The position numbers and the translations under genes were made by a program. A DNA stretch of 45,604 nucleotides, filler included, from Sphacelaria rigidula (Eukaryota): NCBI GenBank assembly GCA_964200075.2. It is 2 parts of 2 records of this genome, joined end to end, with 100 filler letters (N's around TTAATTAATTAA, not from the genome) between each part and the next. Parts side by side here need not be neighbours in the genome. Positions count along the whole stretch, not along the records: positions 22,853 to 45,604 come from CAXNAA020000314.1; 1 more part is not named here. One strand, written 5' to 3'. The notes under the pieces are model-generated. The model worked only from the letters and a program-made list of their open reading frames with translations, searched no databases and was not told the DNA's origin. This document shows, piece after piece, positions 35,791-45,604 of this stretch. Position 1 is the stretch's first letter, and each line of letters begins with the position of its first letter.

Positions 35791-37775
35791 TGCCGCCATT
35801 TTGTCGATTCCCCAACGAGAAACGACGTCGTGTAATGCTGTTGACAAAGCAACGTGGCACATTATCGACGGCGTTGCCGACGGACAGTGTCCGATGCATA
35901 CCGACTCGAACAACGTTATCGTGAAGTCACCATTTTCATCCGGACACATGCAAGGGTATTATATACAAAGCACAAGAATGCGCGGCACACGAACGGAATA
36001 CTACATAACTCGCATAGTGCGTGCTCTTGCACCGTCACCCAATCGCATAAACTAAAGCTGTCGTCCACCGGGATGAAGTTCGTGAGCTGGTTGGGACGGG
36101 AGCAGCATCTGCAAGAAGATGGGAGGAGAAAAGAAGTTGCTCTGCCCGCTGCGAGGCCTTTCCCTCGAAACAGACAAAGCCCCCTCGATTCCATCCCCGG
36201 CTGCTCGCAAATACCGCCCCGTCTCCACCAGCTGACCAACTTCACCCAACAGCGTTTAACAGCGTTAACGTACCAAGTTGCCTCTTTACAAACACAACGC
36301 GCGTGCATGTTCTCTCTCCACTCTGATATTCACCAGCTCCAGAGTACGGCAGCTGCCGCGCTGAGTGGCTCCCGCGATGGTGTTGTCGTCCACTGCCAAA
36401 GACCTTCCGATATCGTTCCTCCACTCAGGCGCGCTTGTCTCCGCTGCACCTAGGGCCCTGCAGTAAGTGAAGCACACAACCCGGAGCTGAGCAAGCTTGC
36501 CGGACTCGCCGTCCAGTATCACGAAGCCCCTCAAAGTGATATCTAGTTTGTGATACTGCCCTTGGGTAGTCTAGTTGCCTTCCACTTTCCCTGGCGAACA
36601 AGTGTCTGCAAACAAATCGCCTCCCCCGGGGTGCGCTGACCATACTTTTTCACGGTATATTTATCTCTGCATAAGGTGGCCAAAATCGACAGAGAATCTA
36701 GACAATAATTCGTATGCATCTCAAGCAATCATCCAGGGCTTGCAGAAAATATCTTCATCTACAAGTCCTCTCTTGACCACCTGGTTTGCGTACACAACCA
36801 AGTCTTCCTCGTGTGCTGCCAGACCCGCTATGAGTAGTAACTATGACGTTAGGAACACGCGTTTCGTTGATTTGGGCATTTCGATAGTTTACGCCTCCTG
36901 CTGCCCTTCCTCCGCCTTTCCTATTCTCGTGGAGCCCAGATTGAACAATGAAATGGCGCCGCACACTAGCCTTCACATGATGAACGGGTGTTGTTATCAA
37001 GCCTTCCGTCGGGGTTAGAGCGGAGGACTCGACCACCAAACGATGACAGCCCCGCCGCTGCTAATGTCGAGAGTCTGAATATGTCAGGTACAACGTGTTG
37101 TCAATGTTTCAATGATTTACGCATCCGGCGGAATCTAATCTGGCACGGATCTGGTCCAACTGTTGAACACGAGAACCTTCACAACCCGTTGAGAAACGAA
37201 ATATTGTGCGCTTTCTTATATATGTAGATGCATATCAGGTGCTACACCAGTGTGTCACGCCGCTGGAAGAAATGTCCGCGCGATCTGTTTTCAATCCGTG
37301 CTGAATTTTCGGGCGTTTGATCCGCGAGGGTCAGCATCAATCCCAGGTCGTCCGCGGATATAATGTGTCATTACTCTGTTGCTCGGTCCTTGGCGCATGG
37401 GTGAACAAACCTATGTGCGCGTCTACACTGGCCCGTGCGCACGAGATCGCGGAACTCCGCAGCTACACCCGTTGGGCGAAGATCCTCAACTGTGCGGCCG
37501 CTAGTTTCACCTCTCCGAATCAACGACAGAGACTAAATACTATTTTCAAAGTTGTACACAGGCAACTGAGGTGGTCTACTCTTGGCGGGTGAAATAGCCT
37601 GAGCCGCACACATATCATCCCAATCTCATGCAAAAAGCCATGCATCGGACAGATCCAATGAGGTTCGAACAGTGCCCGTTTTTGTCACGATTGCACTTTC
37701 ACGATATGGATCATGTCCCCGAGTTAGTGATCCGTGAGCATCCGGGTCCCTACATTAAATATCGCAACGTTGTAT

Positions 37776-38271
37776 CCCGTAAGGTACGGGTACGTTCTGT
37801 CGGGCATGAAATTCCTTACAGAACTCACAGAACTGTCCGATACCGGAATGAAAGTCTTACAGAAAGTACAGGACTCGTCGGTTACGGTATGAGAGGCTTA
37901 CAAAATACCTGTACCGGTAATCGGGTAACTCTTCTTTGGCACACCCGCCCCTCGGGTTAGGGTGAAGGTTTTATGCAGAACTCACAGAACTAACAGAAAC
38001 TGTCGGGTAGGGTATGGAGGTTGCACAGAAAACCGTACCCGCAACCGGGTATCTTGTCAAGAGCATACCCGTGCCCCCCGGCAACGGTACAGGAGCCTAA
38101 CATAACTCACTTAACTATCGGATACGGGTATGAAGGTCTTACAGAGATTACAGAAAAACTGTCGGGTACCGGTATGGAAGCCTTGCAGAGTTCACAGAGC
38201 TGTCGGGTACGGTATACCCGGCAAAATACCCCGGGTGTACAGAAGACCGTACCCTACAAAGCACGACCTTG
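37776..38271. mobile_element. Minisatellite-bodied interspersed element, copy 1
   Basis: Repeated subunits like ttacagaactcacagaactgtcgggtacgggtatg. Ends ...accctacaaagcacgacctt. Confidence 0.8.
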
Positions 38272-38954
38272 GTATTATCATTACCCCTGTGGTGGGACCT
38301 ACGTCACAACAATAGTGGGGAAATACGAAAACTCTGAACGGCTTCACGGGGTTGATAGAGAAGTACTACACGAAGAATCGCAGTAGTACATGTGCACGGG
38401 ATCGTCGACATCTATCGGCTTCACGTACACCCCCAGAGAGTACATGGAGGAGTATTCACGGCTGCCCGTTCTCTGGAAGCCCTCCGGCCCGCGACAAAAC
38501 CGCCCACGGCCTTGACGACTTTCGATGGCAGCTCATACTCTGTGCTGTACATATCGATAACGACCTGGGGTTTGATGACCACGACACAACCACCATCAAC
38601 GTCGACGACGTCCCTCTCGCTACTTGATCCCCTGGTGGCGCAGATGAACCGCCCCCGCTCGAGCCACCACTCGAGTCTGGAAGTGATTTATTCTGACGGT
38701 CTGCGGTGTTGCTCATGTTTCGTATTTCCACTCAGCGATACCTCGTACCCCGTTAGATCCCAAAGTAAAGAACTTTTCAACATTTAATTATTGTTGGTGT
38801 GAAGTTTTGAAAGAAGGAGTTGGGTGGGTTGACCGATGGGAGGTACATGTTGAGGTCATGAGGTTGTGTTTGAATTGAAGCTATATCCGTACCTCCCCAA
38901 GGTATATATCTGTACTCATGCCTGCAATCAGGTATATATATATATATATATATA

Positions 38955-39483
38955 ACGGCATACCCTCACCCCGGGTTGGGGTATGGGAGGCTTACAGAGC
39001 TCACAGAAATTTCGGGTACCGGTACTGGATGAAAGCCATACAGAACTCACCGAACTTGTCGTGTTCGTTGTGAGAGGCTTCCAGAAAACCTGTAGCAGCA
39101 ATCGGGTATTTCTTCAAGAGCATGCCCGCGCTCCGGGTACGGGTAAACGTTCGGTACAGAACTCACAGAACTGTCGGGTAAGGGTATGGGAGGCTCACAG
39201 AACTAACAGAAACTGTCGGGTAGGGTATGGAGGTTGCACAAAAAACCCTACCCGCAACCGGGTATCTTATCAAGAGCATACCCATGCCTCCCGGTAACGG
39301 TACGGGAGTCTTACAGAGATTACAGAACTATCGGGTAAGGGTATGAAAGTCTTACAGAGGTTACAGAACTGTAGGATAACGGTATGGAAGTCTTACAGAA
39401 GTCACAGAGCTGTCAGGTACGGCAAATACCCGGCAACATACCCCGGGTATACAAAAGACCCTACCCTACAGAACACAACCTTG
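38955..39483. mobile_element. Minisatellite-bodied interspersed element, copy 2 (follows a (TA)n tract)
   Basis: Same subunits and same terminal block (...accctacagaacacaacctt). Shares ctcacagaactaacagaaactgtcgggtagggtatggaggttgcaca with copy 1. Confidence 0.8.
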
Positions 39484-40206
39484 AAGTGTTGTCTACACTG
39501 ATCTCCAGGGGACGAGTCGTGTGTGGCACATTTTCGATAGGAGGGATTTACACGGTTCGTGGATGCGATTCGCATGCGGTCCTACACTTCGCTACTAATA
39601 GGCCAGGATGTGAATAAAAAACTGAACGTTCGACGCTTGACTAGCTGGGATGAAGATTATGAGCACACAGTCGTCTGCTTCTTCCATGTCTTCTTGTGAA
39701 AAATGCTGTGGGAAAACCAAACAAACCAAAATACCAAACTTCTTGCACCAAGTGTGAAAAGAAAATTGTTTTGTCCCTCCTCTGCAAGCCCTTGTGGGAC
39801 TTGCTACCATTTGAGCCCTATCTTCAAAACATCCGCCCGAACATACACCGATCTCATTGTTCCAGAGATATACTTCTTGTGGTCTGTATGAACTCTACGT
39901 AAAAAAGCAACAACACGGCTTGTATCGCACGGAGAGGGCAGATCGTAAAAGACATTCAATCGTCACTCCGATCAGCCACAGCGAAATGAAGCGAACACCT
40001 CCACCAGTGAACGCAACCTCCCTCCTCCCTCCAGCCCGCCCCCTCGCCCCCTCGCCCCCCCCTCCAGGAGTGCTCCGTCTCGAAAGGGATGCGTGGTCAA
40101 TGGTCAAATGACTAAGGTAAGCAACAAATGAGTACGCCCCCTCCAGGAGACGAGAATAGAAAATGAAATAAACTTGTAGTTGAGAATGGGAGTGCATGGA
40201 AAAAAC

Positions 40207-40628
40207 CAGGGGTATACACGTTACACGTGACGCTTTTACGTGACGGGCATTCGAAAAAACATAACTTTGGGTCATTTCACCTTACGTGAGGTTTCATTTT
40301 TTCGATGGGACAAATGTAACGTGACGTGATGTAACGTGTGGTTCTTCGCATGAACCCTAACAAAGCGTTACTTTCCAAATGTGACGACAACTCTGCTTGT
40401 TTTCGTGAATTTGTAACGTGTCACGTGTCACGTCGAAGATTAACGAAAAAAGCCTTTTCTTTACATGTGGGAAATCCCAAGAGACACTGCTTCAAAGTCC
40501 ACACGTTATATCACGTTACGTCACATCTGTACCGTCCAAAATCAAACCATACGTAGCGTTAAATGGCCCAAAGTCACGTTTCCCCCGGTTTTTTCAAATG
40601 TGTCACGTGTGTAACGTGTGTACCCCTG
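40207..40628. mobile_element. ~420-bp MITE, probably hAT-type
   Basis: TIRs caggggtatacacgttacac / gtgtaacgtgtgtacccctg. Flanks ggaaaaaac / ggaaaac resemble a TSD altered by homopolymer slippage. Confidence 0.75.
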
Positions 40629-43191
40629 GGAAAACAAAGGTGCTATAACAAGATGGAAACCAAAACACAAATACCAAATACCAAACTACAAGTGACAATT
40701 GATGAAGGCATCACATATGAAAGTAAACGATCAGACACCAGCAGACCAAGTTCCCAGAAAAACAAAATCAACAAGAGTGTTGAACCGCAAAAAATAGATG
40801 AGACCGTAATAACGACAGGGTTGGGTTAGAATCCAGGTTATTCATTCATGAGAAAGCGCATGTCATCCTTTGAGCTTCATGTATACACCTTTGACGACAA
40901 AATATACGGTCTTTGATGTCTCCTTAAAATGCTGGAAGAAAAGGGTGCTCTATGGTATTTATTGCGGTTTCGGAAATCGTGGGAAAACACCGCGCGGTAG
41001 TCGTAATCTGCGGCACGTTGTGCATCGTAAATGGGAAACACGAATTTGCGCGGCATAGCCGCTCATGGGTGCTGAATTTTGCAAGTTTGGGCGGCACCAT
41101 GGATAATAACTAAACACCACAGTGAACCGCGATTTTTCTCACTACCGTAAAGGCCTCGAGAACAGCCCTGAAGGAAACAAAAATGGGACTTTCCAGCTGG
41201 ATTTGTCAAGCACACTTTCTCGTGGGTATTTTGTCCCACACTTGCTTGAAAAACAACACTTTGTTTTGTGCCAATTCTCGGCGGGTTGCTTGATAAATGG
41301 CCCATGATTTCTCACATTGTTTTCAAATTATTTGTTCGAGAAAATACTCGATCGTCCACGATCCACTATGTACACGCGCTCCTGCGAGAAATTCACCGTC
41401 TTCCACTGGGTTGCCAAACAAGCCGATATTTAGTGAGCGGTTGGTTCATCAACAAGAATCGTTGCAAGAGACTGTCTGCAAAAACATGCCCGGCCTTCCT
41501 CATAACAGCTCGATTTCTGGAATCGCTTTTGTTCATATGTGGCTTGAACGAGAACCTAGTAGAAGACAATTTGACAACACTTTTGAGCAAATGTAGGCTA
41601 GTTCGCGGGGGGAAAACTCGAAAATTGTTGGGCAATGGTTATCTAAACAAACACAAAGTAGTAAAAGACACGCCGGGGATGTAACCACTTCTTGGGGTGC
41701 AAGGGGCAGTGTAGCGTGGTTTTCCCAGTCACTATCGGCCGGTGGTGAGCCGCTGGCGAGGTTCCAAAAAAGGGGCCCTTCACAGTGTGTACCTGACGCG
41801 GCTTAATGATAAGGACATCTCCGGAAAACATTCCGCCGTTTCTTCTTTCTGTTCCTGCGCTTCGACAGACGTGATTCCATGTTTCAAACTGGTGAGCACC
41901 ACCATCAGTAGCGTGCAGTCAGCACAAAGCCGCGGTAAACGCGGAAGGCGGCTCTCAACCCGCCTTCCCTCCTGCCCCAACCCCACCCCTCCCCCCAAAA
42001 TAATATAAAAAACAATACACTCGACGAACATGAGTGGCGAACTTACCCCTACGGCACGCCGTCGACACATGTATTACTTGCGTGTACAAGGTGAATGAAC
42101 CACACGCTGCAAAGCAGTGCTACACGGCTGCCTAACGTTGTGAAAAAGTGTCTTGCATACTGTAGCACGCTTCTGAGCTGTAGGTTTACCAAAAATCCCC
42201 CGGCGGTTGTTACCCAGCCGTGGGGACGGAGGGAACGGGAGGAGTGAGCCTTCTGGATTACACCTTGCAGGTCCTCGGCAGGATCCAACAGATTGGAGCT
42301 GGCTCCAGCGAAAAAAGCCCAGGGGGCATCTCGAGGGCGAACACCGTAAACATGAGCGAAGTATTGCGCGAAAAGTGTATTACTTGCACGCGTACAACCA
42401 CCCAGAAGCGCGCCCCGCGCTCTGATGGGGTTAATTCGACGCTTTTCATATTTCGCACCGTGTTAGTTAGCCCAAATCGAATACTGTCTGCTTGCGCCAG
42501 TTTTGGAACGGTTCGGTGCAACCATCAAAATGGACGAACTCTTCCCTAAGTGTCCGAATATGTGCTTCTTTTTCATGTAAGCAATATCAGCGACGGTACG
42601 GGAAAGGCGAGCCAATGTCTGCGACCGCGGGTTCGAGAGATCAGACCAATATGCGGAAAAAAGAATAGAAATGGTGCGTGCGTTGCCGACACCAAGGGGA
42701 GAACAGTGGTACCAGTTTCTACACCGAACTGGTCGCCGTCCGAAGGTCATGGCTGAGACAAACATTTTGGGGTAGGACATCTGTAGCAGTCTGTGGGATT
42801 TGTCAGCCGTTCGAAACGTATACATCTTGCACTTTTCTCCCGAGATTTAGAAAATTGGGGTCTCAAATCTGAACAGGGACGAAGGATGACCGAATCGACC
42901 CGTCGAAGACCTTCGCCCCCGTACGTTGTTCGTGTTTTTCGGCGAGGGAGAGAAGGGAGGAGGGTTGACAGAGAGGAAGACGGATATTGACTGCGGCGAT
43001 TCAGTCATGAGGACGAAACTTCTCAGGAAAACGCGCAAGAAACTACGGTAGGGAAGGCTTACGAATGTTGGGTGAAAATGCAAGGTTGCTCTACGTCCTC
43101 AACGACAAGTTTCTGAACCAGTTTGCCCATTGCTAAAAAAGCATACGCACGGGAGATTTTTTTTTGACTCTCTGCTTCTAGATGATGCCGT

Positions 43192-43289
43192 AGCTTATGA
43201 CGGTTCAAGAGACTACCAACTAGACTACTGACCAGTCAGCGCTGACTGGTCATTAGTCTAGTTGGTAGTCTCTTAAACCGTCACAAGCT
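43192..43289. repeat. 98-bp near-perfect loopless palindrome
   Basis: 49-bp arms centred on 43240/43241 (agc|gct), 3 mismatches. Confidence 0.93.
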
Positions 43290-43607
43290 TCATCCTAACG
43301 AGAACGTAGGCCCATTATTATCGACACTGTTTCTTCGGATATTTCGGATATTTTCGGACTTTACAGACTGCGTTTAAACTTCTCCAAAAACGGAGTGGCT
43401 TTATTTTTGGGCGATATACAAAAAAGGGTACACCGTTCTGCTTTTGGAGCAAAAAAGGGTAGCGCGTTTTTTGCTTCGGGGCGCGGCGCTGCACGCTGGC
43501 TGAACATCTCGAAAACACGTTCCAGCGCTCCAGCCCGACGCCCAAGGTCCCTGGGTGTCAGGGAAATGGTATGTATGAATGCAAGCAATCAGACACAGAT
43601 TTACCTT

Positions 43608-44180
43608 TGTTGACGATTGCAGCAAATAGTCTCAGTCTGGGCAGTAACAGCTGTAGCAGTACAGGTCCAACCAAGAGAAGGATCTGACTAGTACACGGGT
43701 TGCTGTATCTCCGTAGAACTTGCTGTAAGTATGCCGAGTTATTCTGGAAACACTTCCAGAACGTTCTTCGTAGATCTAGATGATTCTGGATTCTGTGTAT
43801 ATGGGGAAGTGTTGGAATATTCAATGTTAGCCATTGGTAACGACTACTATCTATCGTAAGTTATCGTAAACAAGTAAGAAATCATTTGAGTGTTCCAGAA
43901 ATAGTCTGTGGCATAGTCTACGGTACATTATGTTTCCAGAACATGTTGTCGGGGGATTAATCGGGAGTTATCGGTTGTGATATCCCGCGAGTGTTCTAGA
44001 CGTGTGGAAGTTCTGGAAGTTCATTAGCTGATCGGTAGGCTCGCACACTTGGTGCTCGCCCACCTGATCACTCCTCTACTAATTCTCTTCTTCATCACCA
44101 AGAGCGAAAACTTGACTTCGGGAGTCAGTCAATAGTAAGCATCTTCATTTCTTCAGTCAAATTCTCTGATGTATCAAACC
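43608..44180. mobile_element. Possible solo LTR
   Basis: Starts TGTTG, is AT-richer and ORF-free, with repeated ttccagaa/ttctgga motifs. 3' CA end and TSD not established. Confidence 0.25.
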
Positions 44181-44775
44181 GTGGCCCGAGTGTAATCCTC
44201 CGCGGTAGGCTACTCAGTCTACGAAGCACACGCAGCACAGCACCGCTGCAGCTGCAGGACGCTTTACACTCTCACTGGGCAGCATATCCGACCATTTTTT
44301 CACTATCACAAGTGTCACTGGGCTGAACTACCGCGCCGAAAATGAGAGCGTATAAGAGTACCCTTTTACGTAAGCAAAACAGGAGGGTACACCCTGCCCT
44401 CTGCCAAAGATGTATATCTACCCTTTTTTGGTATAATGTTGTCCCTTTTCTGTCAGGTGGTGACCCTTTTTCGTGAAGCGGTGACCGTACCGCCGTCTCA
44501 GCGCAAGTTACGCCGAGCAGTCACAACCATATAGCCATTTGCAGTAAAACTACACCCCGCCAAAAAAGGCCGAAACCCAACGACCAGAAGAGTGTAGCTC
44601 CCCTGTTGGTTGGCCCGAAGACCTGGAAGATCCAACGATGCATACAGGTCCCTTGTGTGCCGGACCTCACGAAGATCCAACGAACACGGGTGAACATCTT
44701 GCCGACACACCAGCCCGAACGGCATCACGCGGGGGCAGCAACGTCAGACCGTTGCCGGATCTGCAATTTGCGGCT

Positions 44776-45604
44776 CGGAAACGGAGATGGACACCGACCG
44801 GATTTCGGATTGGAGCAAGAACGCCTGAATCCAACGCCGTAGACTGTACAATCAGCTGTCTTCCTCTGATCGCAAAATACGCACCGGTCGGGGATTGTCG
44901 GAAATGCCTTGTACACATACGCCCGATATATATACCCACATGCTTTCGGACAAAAGGCATCTGTGCAGTGACGAAACGGCAGTTATGAAACCTTGATGCA
45001 GCATCGTCTACTGTATCTGATCCCATGCGAGGCGCGTCTGTGTTGACAAGAGTCAAACTTGTGCATACGGTACACTCACTGGACTTCGTCCTGCATGACT
45101 GCATGCAGAATGCGCACAGGGTAAACCATGTTCGGAAATACAGCATACATACATGAACAACGGAATAGTCGACGTTTGACTTTGTTCACGAGGCGGTGCA
45201 TGCGACTGCACAGATCTAGCCCACGTCTGTGACCCTTATATAATGTATCGATACTCAGAGCCTGTGAATCTCCTTTCCTATGGGGGTGGGCCGAGGTGAA
45301 CCATTTGGTTTTAGATGAATGATCGGCGCCGCCTTGCAGCATAACACCATTCGTGGGGGGCATTGTCATTACTCCGCGGCGGTGTAGCGTGTTGACCTTT
45401 GCTGCTCATGATAATCTGAAGGTTTTCTGTACGTGTTGCTTGGGTTGTGGCGCGTCGGTCTCACAGCTCCGGGTATTCCGAGTTGTGGTCGGAGGGTGCG
45501 TGTTTTGCGATTAGAGGAAGACAGCTGATTGTACAGTCTACGGCGTTGGATTCAGGCGTTCTTGCTCCAATCCGAAATCCGGTCGGTGTCCATCTCCGTT
45601 TCCG
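44776..45604. mobile_element. Element with long inverted repeats (>=110 bp), truncated by window end
   Basis: 44776-44885 is the reverse complement of 45495-45604 with only 2 mismatches. ~610-bp non-coding spacer. Confidence 0.85.

Noticed and set aside
35800-37600. Cluster of 100-200-aa ORFs as a gene or viral insertion
   Set aside because: No recognisable domain, consistent strand or splice chain. It may be a decayed element, but I cannot support a call.
37776-39483. Regularly recurring ~30-bp units as a CRISPR-like array
   Set aside because: Units are degenerate and contiguous with no unique spacers, the context is eukaryotic, and there are no cas genes.

Overview
Eukaryotic genomic DNA, most likely from a brown alga (Ectocarpales-like). 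This is inferred from the long GT-AG introns, GC-rich low-complexity exons and the style of the repeats, not from a database hit. The left ~17.4 kb holds one minus-strand gene that I reconstructed exon by exon from splice signals and intron phases: 17362-17355, 16665-15654, [one phase 0->2 exon not located], 8941-8669, 7868-7710, 6968-5698, 4331-4213, 3409-3192, 2249-2132, 1406-957. It encodes a ~1,200-aa Gly/Ser/Gln/His-rich protein with two copies of a short helical motif, G[ML]SV[QE][DE]LK[NE]MT[AK][ML]R[ML]. An artificial N44-TTAATTAATTAA-N44 linker at 22753-22852 splits the window, so the two sides may not be truly adjacent. The right ~23 kb has no convincing intact gene. It contains a decayed PIF/Harbinger-like transposase, a ~0.8-1 kb diverged direct repeat, several MITE-like elements and many long foldbacks. 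The foldbacks are two ~430-bp hairpins built from one ~200-bp unit in A'-A...A-A' order, a ~960-bp palindrome carrying a nested TTAA-flanked MITE, a 98-bp loopless palindrome and a 110-bp inverted repeat at the window end. These are candidate small-RNA (miRNA/hp-siRNA) loci. Four 10-N gaps flanked by poly-C/G are assembly artefacts.
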